DNA of 64,000 bases from an uncultured Vicinamibacterales bacterium (GCA_958295905.1 OY282382.1:5812367-5876366); one strand, 5' to 3'. Positions 1 through 9,220 are shown, counted from the stretch's first letter. Translations and numbers: made by a program. Notes: generated by a model not told the origin, from the sequence alone.

Positions 1-2026
1 CTGGAACCGCACTCAGGTCAGGGGCCTGATGCAGTCGCTCTATCGCAAGCATCCGACTGGTCACTTATTGGTCTGGCGCACTTACAAGCCATCGCTGGTG
101 CGCGGCGGAGAGGCGGCACGCGACGGACATTCGCTTTTGTTGCTCGACGGGCAGCAGCGCCTGACGACGCTCTACGTTCTGTTCAACGGCAAAGCGCCGC
201 GGTTCTACGAGGGCGAGTCGCTCTTCTTCGACCTTCACTTCAACCTCCAGACCGAGGAGTTCCGCTTCTGGCAGAAGTCGCGGATGGAGAACAACCCGGC
301 GTGGGTCGGCGTTCACGAGTTCCTGCGCGAGGGGCTGAACGCGCTGCTTGAACGGCTGGATCAGCTCGACGGCCAGCGGCGCACGATCATCCAGCAGAAC
401 TTGGCCCGGCTGAGCCGCCTCGACATGGTGCGCGATTACACCTACACCGTCGATCAGGTGTCTGGGGACAACTACCGTGTCGAGGAGGTCGTCGAAATCT
501 TCAACCGTGTCAACAGCAAGGGGACACCCCTCAAGAAGGCGGACCTCGCGCTCGCACACGTCTGCACCATCTGGCCGGAGGCGCGGGCGGAGTTGCGCGC
601 CTTCGCGTCCGGGACGAAGGAGCGCGGCTTCGACGTCGATCTCAACTTCCTGGTACGCTGCCTCGCGGGCGTGGCGACCAGTTCGGTGCTGCTTGAAGGG
701 TCGTTCCTCAAGACGCCCGCGGGAGTGTTGCAGGCCGCGTGGAAGATGATGCAGCCGGCGTTCGAACACTTGGTGAGCGTCCTGCGCCACGAGGCGTTCA
801 TTGGCGGCCTCGATGATCTCCCGACGAACTACGTGCTGGTGCCGGCCACCATCTATCTGGCGCGCCAGGGCGGACAGTTCCCGACTGACGCCGTCCGGCG
901 GCGCTTCATCCGCTGGATTCATCTCGCTGGCCTTTGGGCGCGGTATTCGGGGTCGGCCGAAACCAAGCTTCAGCAGGACGTGGCGCTGGTGGCCGGCCAA
1001 GACATCGACCCGACCCACGAACTGGAGGCCGCCATTCTGCGGGAGCGCGGCCGCGTCATCCTGGAGGAAGGTGACCTGGATCGGGCGCGCATCGACTCCG
1101 CGGTCGCCCGCCTGAGCCGCGTCGTGGCGCGACATCGAGATGCCCGCGACTGGTTCACGGGGGTCCGAATCTACGACGCGGTGGGGGGAAAGAGTCTCGG
1201 CGAAGAGCGCCACTACATCTTTCCGAGGAAGGTGCTGGAGCAGTTCGGGTTCGGCGACACGACGCGGATCAACGCAGTGGCCAACCGGGCCTTGCTTGGG
1301 CAGCGGGCGCCCAGGGAGTATCGGGGGGCGTCGCCCACGGAGTATCTGCCGGAGGTCGCCGAGAATCAGCCGGGCGCCCTGCGGGCGCAGTCGGTGCCGA
1401 TGGACCGTACGCTCTGGAAGCCCGAGCACTTCCTCGATTTCCTGGCGGCCCGCCGGCGGCTGCTGGCCCAGGCGATGAACGAGTTCATCGCTGGATGGGT
1501 CCCGGAGGCGAAGCGCGACCCGCGGGACGAACAGGGGGTGCGGGCGCTGCTCGCGGCAGGTGAGAGTGGGAGCCTGGAGTTCAAGTCCAGCCTGCGTTGG
1601 GACCGCCGGGTGGAGCAGGTCAACAAGGCAATCGAGCACATGGTGGTCAAGACGCTCGCGGCGTTCCTCAACGCGACGGGCGGCACACTGCTCATCGGCG
1701 TCGACGACGGCGGCATTCCCGTCGGGCTCGCCGCAGACTACGGAACGTTCAAGAAGAAGGACCGCGACGGGTTCGAGTCGCATCTGCAGGCGATCCTTGT
1801 TCGCGATCTCGGCGAGTCGGCGGCGTCGTCGTTCCTGACGGTCAACTTCCACGCGATCGACGGTTCGGACATCTGTCAGGTCACCGTCGAGCGGAGCGAC
1901 CACCCGATCTACGTGGAATACCAGAACGACGCGATCTTCTACCTGCGCGTCGGCAACGGGACCCGAGCGCTTCCGGTGGATGAGGCCGTCAAGTACGTCG
2001 GGCAGCGTTGGGGGAAGACGGCGTGA
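1..2026 (+). CDS. DUF262 (GmrSD/ParB-like) + HNH-like + C-terminal AlbA_2/Schlafen-like domain protein; 5' end lies outside the window
   Basis: ORF 29-2026. The frame stays open back to position 2 (WNRTQVRGL precedes the first Met). LLLLDGQQRLTTLYVL is the DUF262 signature. HYIFPRK...INAVANRALL resembles the His-Me tail of COG1479-type proteins. The C-terminal GESGSLEFKSSLRWD...LLIGVDDGG block matches the AlbA_2 pattern. Confidence 0.8.
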   Translation, partial: WNRTQVRGLMQSLYRKHPTGHLLVWRTYKPSLVRGGEAARDGHSLLLLDGQQRLTTLYVLFNGKAPRFYEGESLFFDLHFNLQTEEFRFWQKSRMENNPAWVGVHEFLREGLNALLERLDQLDGQRRTIIQQNLARLSRLDMVRDYTYTVDQVSGDNYRVEEVVEIFNRVNSKGTPLKKADLALAHVCTIWPEARAELRAFASGTKERGFDVDLNFLVRCLAGVATSSVLLEGSFLKTPAGVLQAAWKMMQPAFEHLVSVLRHEAFIGGLDDLPTNYVLVPATIYLARQGGQFPTDAVRRRFIRWIHLAGLWARYSGSAETKLQQDVALVAGQDIDPTHELEAAILRERGRVILEEGDLDRARIDSAVARLSRVVARHRDARDWFTGVRIYDAVGGKSLGEERHYIFPRKVLEQFGFGDTTRINAVANRALLGQRAPREYRGASPTEYLPEVAENQPGALRAQSVPMDRTLWKPEHFLDFLAARRRLLAQAMNEFIAGWVPEAKRDPRDEQGVRALLAAGESGSLEFKSSLRWDRRVEQVNKAIEHMVVKTLAAFLNATGGTLLIGVDDGGIPVGLAADYGTFKKKDRDGFESHLQAILVRDLGESAASSFLTVNFHAIDGSDICQVTVERSDHPIYVEYQNDAIFYLRVGNGTRALPVDEAVKYVGQRWGKTA

Positions 2027-2095
2027 TCCTGCGCGAATGCAAGCGCCTCGCCGAGGTGAACTTCCCGATCTCCGTCGTGTCGAAGCACGCGGTGC
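2023..2095 (+). pseudogene. Fragment 1 of a DUF1156 methyltransferase gene (first ~24 codons only)
   Basis: GTG at 2023 overlaps the DUF262 stop (GTGA). VILRECKRLAEVNFPISVVSKHA is ~93% nt-identical to 9786-9855, the start of the intact methylase. Homology stops at ~2095. Confidence 0.8.
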
Positions 2096-2165
2096 GGGAT
2101 CTGAAGAATAGCGCCTTTCACCGCGCACCACCACGGGCTGCTATACCGATGATAGAGTCACAACA
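2096..2165. repeat. ~65-bp segment homologous to 17871-17941 (3' end of an rpn-like gene plus downstream sequence)
   Basis: Shared 21-nt core gcgcaccaccacgggctgcta with flanking similarity. On the minus strand it reads ...TLSSV* versus the Rpn C-terminus ...RLSDWSV*. Confidence 0.6.
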
Positions 2166-2303
2166 AGGACATGCCACAACTTCGAGACCGGCGCACTTTT
2201 CGGCTGCGACGGCGTTCCCAGCAACCCTCCTGGACCGAGACTCTGCGCATGAATCCACATCACGGCCATCACAGCGCGGTCGCGTAGGGCGAAGCGTTCA
2301 CCG

Positions 2304-5300
2304 ATGCCTGCTCCACCAACCCTGACCGAAGGCCAGATCCTCAGCGGTTCTCTCTTCGACGAGCCGATGCGGGTGGAGACCGTCGCGGCGGCGGGTCCCG
2401 GCGGCTGGTCGCTCGGTCTGGTCGGCATGCGGTCCGAGCGCTTCCGGAAGGTCTCGCTCGGCGCGGCCGAACTGGCCGGACTGACGGTGCGCGACAGCGG
2501 CTTCCGGTACGACGGGGACGGCAGGCTGCTGCGGCTGGGAATGCAGGCCCACGCCCTCGGAATCGCCTGGGAGTTCGATCCGTATTTCGGACTGTCGGTC
2601 TCGCGCGTCGACCCGCTGCCGCACCAGTTGGAGGCGGTCTACGACCACCTGCTGAAGCTGGCGCGCGTCCGGTTCCTGCTCGCCGACGACGCCGGGGCCG
2701 GCAAGACGATCATGTCCGGGCTGCTGATCCGCGAGCTGCAGTTGCGCGGTCTGGCCGAGCGCATCCTGATCGTCGCCCCGTCGAACCTCGCGTTCCAGTG
2801 GCAGCGCGAACTACAGGAGAAGTTCGACGAGACGTTCGTCGTGCTGAGAGGCGGCGACCTGCGCGCGCAGTTCGGCGTGAACCAGTGGATGCGGCAGCCG
2901 AAGGTCGTGACCTCGCTCGACCTTGCGAAGCGCGACGACATCCTGCCCGGCCTGCGCCAGGCGCACTGGGACTTGGTCGTCGTGGACGAGGCGCACCGGA
3001 TGTCGGCGCGGGACGACTCGCACAAGAGCCAGCGGTACAAGCTGGGCGAGCTGCTGCGGGATTCGTCCGACCACCTGCTGCTGCTGACCGCGACGCCGCA
3101 CAAGGGCGACCCCGACAACTTCTCGCTCTTCCTCCAGCTTCTCGACCGCGACGCCTACGCCGACGTGCGCTCTATCCGGCAGGCGATGGACGCCGGGCGC
3201 GCCCCGTTCTACCTGCGGCGCACGAAGGAGGCGATGGTCCACTTCCCGGAGCGGGACGCGGAGGGGCGGTGGGTCACGCGGAAGATCTTCACGAAGCGCA
3301 TTCCCCGCACCGTGAACTTCGCCATCGACGGTCCGGAGTTCGAGCTGTACAGCGAGGTGACCCGGTTCGTGAAGCGCCAGAGCGCCCGCGCCGCCGCGGC
3401 CGGCGACGACCGGCGCGCCCGCGCCGTGGGCTTCCTGATGGCGCTGTACCAGCGGCGCCTGACGTCGAGCACGCGGGCCATCCGGCGCAGCCTGTCGAAC
3501 CGCGCCGACCGGTTGGAGCGCGGGCTCGCGCAGGCCGAGGATCTCGCGCGAACCGCGCCGCCGGACATCCCGAGCCCGGACGAACTCGACGAGATGGAGG
3601 ACCGCGACCGCGAACGGCTCGAGCGGTTGCTCGACGCGGTCACGCTGGCCGGGAACGCCGGCCGGGTGCGCGAGGAGATCGCCGAGCTGCGGGCGCTGGC
3701 CGTCAGGGCGCAGCAGGTCGAGCGCGCCGGCGTCGAGGCGAAGCTCGCCAAGCTCGAAGATCTGCTGCGCGGCCAGGGGTTCTTCGACCGGCCGGATCAG
3801 CGGCTGGTGCTCTTCACCGAATTCAAGGACACGCTCGACTACCTCATCGAGAGGCTCGAAACCTGGGGCTTCCGGGTGGCGAGCATTCACGGCGGCATGA
3901 AGCCCGGCGACCGCGACGAGCCGGGCACCCGGCTGCACGCCGAGCAGCAGTTCCGCGACGGCGCGGTGCAGGTGCTCGCGGCGACCGAGGCGGCGGGCGA
4001 AGGAATCAACCTGCAGGTCTCGAACGTCCTCTTCAACTACGACATCCCGTGGAACCCCAACCGCCTCGAGCAGCGCATGGGGCGCATCCACCGTTACGGC
4101 CAGGAGAAGGACTGCCTGATCTTCAACTTCGTCGCCACGAACACCATCGAGGGGCGCGTCCTCCAGCGCCTGCTCGACAAGCTGCAGGAGATTCGCGACG
4201 CGCTCGACGACGACGCGGTGTTCAACGTCGTCGGCGAAGTGCTGCCGGCGGCCCACGTGGAGCGCGTGCTGCGCGACTACTACGCGGGCCGGCTCGGCGA
4301 CGAGGACCTGGAGGAGCGCCTGTTGCGGAACGTCGACGAGGGGCGCTTCCGCAACATCTGCCGGAACGCCCTGGAGGGACTGGCGTCGAAGAAGCTGAAC
4401 CTGGAGATGCTGGTCGAGCGCCGCGCCCGCGCCCGCGAGCGCCGCGTGGTGCCGGAAACCATCGCCCGCTTCCTGCGCGACGCGGCGCCCCTGGTGCCGT
4501 TGAAGCTCGCCTTCGCCGGCAACTTGCCGCACACGTTCGAGCCCGCCCGCACGCCCGCCGCGCTGCGCCGCTACGAGCGCGAGCCCGACTGGCGGCTCCC
4601 GGCGCTGGCGGTCCGATATCCCCGCTGCACCACCGACCGCGACACCGCGCAGCGGCACGCGCTCGAATGGGTGACGCCGGGCCACCCGCTGTTCGAGGCG
4701 CTCCGCCGCCACGCGCGCGAGCAGGCCCTGGAACCACTCGCCCGCGGCGCCACCTTCCACTCGCTGGCGCACGACGCGCCGGTCCGCATCGACTGCTACC
4801 GCGCGCGGGTCGTCGACGGACTCGGGCGCGTCGCGCACGAGACGGTCTTCGCCCTGGCGCTGGCCGGCGACGGCGAGCCGCGGCGGTGCGAACCAAGCGT
4901 GCTCGGCGACCTGACGCCGGCCCCGGTCCCGGACGAGCTGCCGGCGGTCGCGCGCCGGCCCGAACCGACGGCGTGGATGCAGGAGCACGTTCTCCGGCCG
5001 CTTCTCGAGGCGACGCGCGCCGAACGCGTCGCCGAGGCCGGGCGCGTCGCGCAGCACGTGGAGCTCTCGCTGACAGAACTGCTGCAGCGGGCCGACGACG
5101 AGATCGGCCGCGCCGCCGCCGACGTGGAGGCGGGCCGCCAGGGCGCCGAGGGCCGGCTCGCGATGGCCGAAGCGCGGCACGAGGAGCTCTTCGTCCGCCG
5201 CGCGCGCCGCCGGGAGGAACTCGGACGGCAGCAGGCGCTCTCGCTCCAGGCGGTGGAGCGCCTGACCAGCGCGCTGGTCCTCCCGCACCCCGACCGCGGG

Positions 5301-5720
5301 ACCGCCGCGGTGAAGCGCCACCAGCCCGACCCGGCGACCGAGGCGGCGGCGATGCGCGTCGTCGTGGACCACGAGCGGGCCCGGGGGCGGCGCGTCGAGG
5401 ACGTGAGCGCGAAGAACCTCGGCTACGACGTGACCAGCCTCGACCCGGACTCGGGCGATCTGCGCCTCATCGAGGTCAAGGGGCTCGCCGCCCCCACCGG
5501 GACGATTCTGCTGACGCCCAACGAGCGCCGCGTCGCCGAAGACCGCCCCGACTGCTACTGGCTGTACGTCGTCACCGACTGCCGCCGGACCCCGGCGCTC
5601 CAGGAGCCCATCGCGAACCCGGCCCGGTTGCCTTGGCGCGAGGTGACGACGGTGCGGCACTACTATCTGAACGTCGGCGCGATTGACAGCGCGCGAAAGG
5701 AGAACGAGAAGAGGCCATGA
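2304..5720 (+). CDS. SNF2-family helicase with C-terminal DUF3883 / restriction-endonuclease-like domain
   Basis: 1138-aa ORF. Motifs LLADDAGAGKT (I), VVVDEAHRM (II), LLLTATPHKG (III), QRMGRIHRYGQ (VI). C-terminal RGRRVEDVSAKNLGYDVTSLD...IEVKG...CYWLYVV block is typical of DUF3883 helicases. Confidence 0.9.
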   Translation: MPAPPTLTEGQILSGSLFDEPMRVETVAAAGPGGWSLGLVGMRSERFRKVSLGAAELAGLTVRDSGFRYDGDGRLLRLGMQAHALGIAWEFDPYFGLSVSRVDPLPHQLEAVYDHLLKLARVRFLLADDAGAGKTIMSGLLIRELQLRGLAERILIVAPSNLAFQWQRELQEKFDETFVVLRGGDLRAQFGVNQWMRQPKVVTSLDLAKRDDILPGLRQAHWDLVVVDEAHRMSARDDSHKSQRYKLGELLRDSSDHLLLLTATPHKGDPDNFSLFLQLLDRDAYADVRSIRQAMDAGRAPFYLRRTKEAMVHFPERDAEGRWVTRKIFTKRIPRTVNFAIDGPEFELYSEVTRFVKRQSARAAAAGDDRRARAVGFLMALYQRRLTSSTRAIRRSLSNRADRLERGLAQAEDLARTAPPDIPSPDELDEMEDRDRERLERLLDAVTLAGNAGRVREEIAELRALAVRAQQVERAGVEAKLAKLEDLLRGQGFFDRPDQRLVLFTEFKDTLDYLIERLETWGFRVASIHGGMKPGDRDEPGTRLHAEQQFRDGAVQVLAATEAAGEGINLQVSNVLFNYDIPWNPNRLEQRMGRIHRYGQEKDCLIFNFVATNTIEGRVLQRLLDKLQEIRDALDDDAVFNVVGEVLPAAHVERVLRDYYAGRLGDEDLEERLLRNVDEGRFRNICRNALEGLASKKLNLEMLVERRARARERRVVPETIARFLRDAAPLVPLKLAFAGNLPHTFEPARTPAALRRYEREPDWRLPALAVRYPRCTTDRDTAQRHALEWVTPGHPLFEALRRHAREQALEPLARGATFHSLAHDAPVRIDCYRARVVDGLGRVAHETVFALALAGDGEPRRCEPSVLGDLTPAPVPDELPAVARRPEPTAWMQEHVLRPLLEATRAERVAEAGRVAQHVELSLTELLQRADDEIGRAAADVEAGRQGAEGRLAMAEARHEELFVRRARRREELGRQQALSLQAVERLTSALVLPHPDRGTAAVKRHQPDPATEAAAMRVVVDHERARGRRVEDVSAKNLGYDVTSLDPDSGDLRLIEVKGLAAPTGTILLTPNERRVAEDRPDCYWLYVVTDCRRTPALQEPIANPARLPWREVTTVRHYYLNVGAIDSARKENEKRP

Positions 5721-6124
5721 GAACCCACAACTTGTTCATCAGCCACTCTTGGACGTACGCAGATCAGTACGACCGACTTGTAAACCTCTTGTCGGAAAGA
5801 AGCTACTTCAGTTTCAAGAATTATTCAGTCCCGAAGGACGATCCAATTCACAACGTGGGAACGGACGCCCAACTGCGCGAGGCGATCCGCCGCCAGATGG
5901 TTCCATGCGGGGTGGTTCTCATTCTCGCGGGTGTCTATGCCAGCTACAGCAAGTGGATAGACATAGAAATAAAGCTCGCAGAAGGTTTCCAGCAAGGGAA
6001 ACCGATCATCGCCATTGAGCCGTGGGGAAGCCAGCGAACTTCCGCGCGCGTCAAACAAGCGGCCGACCGAATCGTGAAATGGAACACCGAGAGCGTCGTG
6101 AAAGCCATCAGGGAGCTTGCATGA
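5717..6124 (+). CDS. TIR-like domain protein (DUF1863 / ThsB-like)
   Basis: 135-aa ORF. Its ATG overlaps the helicase stop (ATGA). N-terminal NLFISHSWTYADQYDRL and the short alternating strand/helix layout match my memory of TIR-like DUF1863 proteins. Locally lower GC than its neighbours. Confidence 0.65.
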   Translation: MRTHNLFISHSWTYADQYDRLVNLLSERSYFSFKNYSVPKDDPIHNVGTDAQLREAIRRQMVPCGVVLILAGVYASYSKWIDIEIKLAEGFQQGKPIIAIEPWGSQRTSARVKQAADRIVKWNTESVVKAIRELA

Positions 6125-6576
6125 CGAGCAACTCCACGCAAAACGAGCTACTGGAGATTTACAAGCTCCACACGGAGCTCGCCGACCGCGTGAGCCAGCG
6201 ACGAGAGGGAGCCAATCGGCTGTACGTCAGTCTGCTCGTGGGACTGATGGTGTTCGGTGCGACGCTGCTGCGCTACGGTACCGGCGATGTCCCGGCCAAG
6301 ATCGTGCTATGCGCCCTGGGTACCATCGGCGCGTTGCTGTCGGTCTCCTGGTACATCGTCATCCGGTCGTACCGTCAGCTCAACACCGGGAAATTCAAAC
6401 CCCTGCATGAACTTGAGGAAAAGCTGGCCTACCCGTTCTTCACCCGCGAATGGGAGCTGCTGGGCGAGGGCCGGGACCGACGGCGCTACTGGAAGCTGTC
6501 CGTCGTCGAGACCAGCCTGCCGTGGATCTTCTTCGCACTGTTTCTCGGCATGACGATTCTGGCGTTCTTCCAGTGA
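6121..6576 (+). CDS. Small 3-TM membrane protein (candidate effector, SLATT-like layout)
   Basis: Met at 6121 inside ORF 6022-6576, overlapping the TIR-like stop (ATGA). Three hydrophobic helices: LYVSLLVGLMVFGATLL, IVLCALGTIGALLSVSWYIVI, LPWIFFALFLGMTILAFF. Confidence 0.65.
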   Translation: MTSNSTQNELLEIYKLHTELADRVSQRREGANRLYVSLLVGLMVFGATLLRYGTGDVPAKIVLCALGTIGALLSVSWYIVIRSYRQLNTGKFKPLHELEEKLAYPFFTREWELLGEGRDRRRYWKLSVVETSLPWIFFALFLGMTILAFFQ

Positions 6577-6617
6577 AAAGGCGATCATGAGGCGGAAGAC
6601 ATCCGTGCATACCTGCT

Positions 6618-7030
6618 GTGGGGCGGGACTTGCCGATGGTTCGTGAACCGGCGCCGCTCGGGGAGGACCGCGTGAGCCGCAAGGGCGCCGGAGACGACCG
6701 GCAACGTCACGGCGGATCGACCCTCGACCCGCGCACGTTGGACGAGATCATCCGACGCGTCGTTGAAGTTGCGCAACCGGAGCGGATCATCCTGTTCGGG
6801 TCGGCCGCCCGCGGGAAATGACGCGCCGTAGTGACGTGGATCTGCTGATTGTCGCCGATGGCGCGGATGCTCTCGAGCTGATGTCCCGGATCTACGGCCG
6901 CTGGCGGGGCGTAGGCGTCGCGGTCGATGCGCGGGTGGTTTCAGCCGCCGACGTGGCGCGCTACCACGGCAGCCATGCGCTCATCAGGCCGGCTCTGCGT
7001 GAGGGAAGGACCGTGTATGAATCCGCCTGA
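6618..7030 (+). pseudogene. MNT-type nucleotidyltransferase, frameshifted copy
   Basis: ORFs 6618-6821 and 6818-7030 together equal the intact copy at 9342-9740. There is a single G deletion in the run at ~6813-6816 (cgcgggaaatg versus cgcggggaaatg). LFGSAARG...DVDLLIV is the NTase motif. Confidence 0.85.
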
Positions 7031-7075
7031 GCGTCCGCCCCCCGGAGCCGTCGTCCGCTGGGTCGAGGAGCAACG

Positions 7076-7145
7076 GTGATCCCGCGCGAGTGCAAGCGCC
7101 TCGCCGAGGTGGACTTCCCCATCTCCGTCGTGCCGAAGCACGCGG
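7076..7145 (+). pseudogene. Fragment 2 of the DUF1156 methyltransferase gene (first ~23 codons)
   Basis: VIPRECKRLAEVDFPISVVPKHA shows 1 mismatch in 70 nt versus 9786-9855. It runs into unrelated sequence and a TAA a few codons later. Confidence 0.85.
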
Positions 7146-7177
7146 GTCGCATCCGTGTGGGATAATCCGTCGGTCCG

Positions 7178-8551
7178 ATGTTGCTGCGACTGTCCGTCAA
7201 GAACTTCAAGAGCATCCGCGAAGCGCACGTCCGCTTCGGGCCCTTCACCTGCTTCATCGGCCACAACGGCGTCGGCAAGAGCAACCTGTTCGACGCCATC
7301 CATTTCCTCGGCGCGTTGACCGACCGGGACATTGCCGCGGCGGCCGCCGAGGTGAGACGCGCCAGCGACGGAGGCGGCTCGCCGCTTGACCTGGTGTTCG
7401 GCCGCGACCCCGAGCGCCGGATCGAGCTGTGCGCGGACATGGTGGCACCGCCGCGGGTCGAGGACGACTTCGGCCAGACGGCGACACCGAGCACGACGCT
7501 TCTCACCTACACGATCCGGCTGCAGTATCAGCCGCAGTCGGACCGCTTGCTGGTGGAGCACGAGAACCTGACCCACGCCAAGCTGGAGGACTACCGGAAG
7601 TTCGTCGGATTCGACTCGTCGAAGGACTTCAAGAAATCGGTCGCCCTGGGCGTGCGGCGCGGCGGACCGCTGATTTCGACGACCGGGGACCGGATTCGGC
7701 TTCACGGCGACGGCGGAAGCCGGGGGCGGCCCGCGCCGGTCGGCAGGTCGCCGTTGACGGTCGTCGGCGGCACCAACACGTACGACTACCCGACCGTGCT
7801 GGCCGCGAAGCGGGAGATGGCGTCCTGGCGGATACTCCATCTCGAGCCGAGTGCGATGCGGACCCCCGACACCCGCTCCGCACCTCCTCACGTCTCGGCG
7901 TCGGGCGGCCACATGCCGGCTACGCTCCATGCACTGGTTACGAGAAATCCTGACGCGGCCGCTGAAATCCTCTACCGGCTCCGCCAGCTCAACTCGGACA
8001 TCGTCGAACTGGGGGTCCACACCGACGACGTTCGAGACCAGCTTGCGCTGAGGGCGCGTGTCCCCGGCGTGGACAACTGGCTGTACGGCCGCTCCCTTTC
8101 CGACGGCACGCTGCGATACATCGCCCTCGTGCTGATGCTGGTGGACGTCCAGGATTGCGCCGTGCTGTGCATCGAGGAGCCGGAAAACGGCATTCACCCG
8201 TCTCGGGTTTCCCACCTGACGGAGTTGTTGCGGGAATACGCAGTCGACGTCAACGACGCCGTCGGGGCCGACAACCCATTGCGTCAAGTCGTGCTCAATA
8301 CGCATTCTCCCGAGGTGGCTCGGCAGCTTTCCTTCGGCGATCTCGTATTCGTCGAACGGGCGATCACGAAGCGGGAAGGGCCGATCAGCACGTTTCGGCC
8401 GATCGCGGGCACGTGGCGAACCAAACTGCGCAACGGATCGCCGTTGAACGCGGAATCCATGAACCGGCAGGCGGTGGTCGATTTCATCGGCGGCTCGCCG
8501 GTCAACCCGGAGCTCGGTCAGTTGCGGCTCGAGTTCGGATCCGCGAAGTGA
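7178..8551 (+). CDS. ABC/SMC-type ATPase (AAA_15/AAA_21-like)
   Basis: 457-aa ORF. Walker A GHNGVGKSN, Walker B/D-loop LLCIEEPENGIHP, H-loop-like VLNTHSP. Confidence 0.8.
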   Translation: MLLRLSVKNFKSIREAHVRFGPFTCFIGHNGVGKSNLFDAIHFLGALTDRDIAAAAAEVRRASDGGGSPLDLVFGRDPERRIELCADMVAPPRVEDDFGQTATPSTTLLTYTIRLQYQPQSDRLLVEHENLTHAKLEDYRKFVGFDSSKDFKKSVALGVRRGGPLISTTGDRIRLHGDGGSRGRPAPVGRSPLTVVGGTNTYDYPTVLAAKREMASWRILHLEPSAMRTPDTRSAPPHVSASGGHMPATLHALVTRNPDAAAEILYRLRQLNSDIVELGVHTDDVRDQLALRARVPGVDNWLYGRSLSDGTLRYIALVLMLVDVQDCAVLCIEEPENGIHPSRVSHLTELLREYAVDVNDAVGADNPLRQVVLNTHSPEVARQLSFGDLVFVERAITKREGPISTFRPIAGTWRTKLRNGSPLNAESMNRQAVVDFIGGSPVNPELGQLRLEFGSAK

Positions 8552-9147
8552 ACCGCCAGTTGACCTGGGCTGTCGTGGCCGATGGAGGAACGGACCGATT
8601 GCTCGTTCCGGTAATTCAGTGGGCGATACACCGGCTCGATCCGGACGTGGAAATACTCGAGCCCGAATTCAGGAAACGACGCGGCAGCGTCGAGGAGTTC
8701 CTCCGGGACTACGATTCCAACGCCATGGTCGTCTTCGTTCACCGGGATTCGGAGAACCGCCCGCTCGAAGACCGCCTGAGAGAATTCGAACCCGTCACCC
8801 GGCCGAACGTCGTTCCTGTCGTACCGGTTCAGATGTCGGAAGCCTGGATCCTCTTCGACGGATCGGCGGTGGCCAAAGCGGCCGGCTCACCGGCCGCCGC
8901 GGTGCCGGTCCCCCGGATTGCCGAAATAGAGAGCATCGGGAATCCAAAAGAGCGGCTGGACGAGTTGCTCTTCGTTGCCGCCGGATCGCCCGCCGGCCGG
9001 CGCGGCAAGAACTTCAGGCGTTCAATCGCGCATCGCCGCGTGAGTGTCGCCGAGTACATCGCCGACTACAGTCCGCTCGAGAACGTGTCCGCGTTCCAGA
9101 GATTTCAGGCGTCTCTCGCGGCCGGCTATCCGTACACGAGGGAATAG
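8548..9147 (+). CDS. Hypothetical partner of the ATPase; distant DUF4276/TOPRIM-like pattern
   Basis: GTG at 8548 overlaps the ATPase stop (GTGA). The blocks VVADGGTD, VFVHRD, VPVQMSEAWILFD and NPKERLDELL are collinear with the VEGQTE, DFYG, VQRHEFEGLLFS and APSKRI blocks of the clear DUF4276 gene at 21651-22288. Confidence 0.55.
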   Translation: MNRQLTWAVVADGGTDRLLVPVIQWAIHRLDPDVEILEPEFRKRRGSVEEFLRDYDSNAMVVFVHRDSENRPLEDRLREFEPVTRPNVVPVVPVQMSEAWILFDGSAVAKAAGSPAAAVPVPRIAEIESIGNPKERLDELLFVAAGSPAGRRGKNFRRSIAHRRVSVAEYIADYSPLENVSAFQRFQASLAAGYPYTRE

Positions 9148-9220
9148 ACGAAAGCGAGAGACCGGCGCAGAAAGTTGACGGGAAGGACACACGACGGCGC
9201 TTGAGCCCTTGTATTACTGC

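Noticed and set aside
2090-2300. Group II intron start (GTGCG at 2096 right after the methylase stub)
   Set aside because: No domain V-like hairpin, no reverse transcriptase ORF and no matching 3' end were seen. The segment is better explained as a duplicated block shared with 17871-17941.
65-5660. Very long antisense or alternative-frame ORFs (for example 65-2134 minus, 2798-5686 plus, 2811-5660 minus, and likewise 22407-25451 minus and 49240-52764 plus)
   Set aside because: They are Arg/Pro/Gly/Ala-rich shadow ORFs, typical of high-GC DNA, and they overlap genes with clear motifs on the other frame or strand. They have no motifs of their own.
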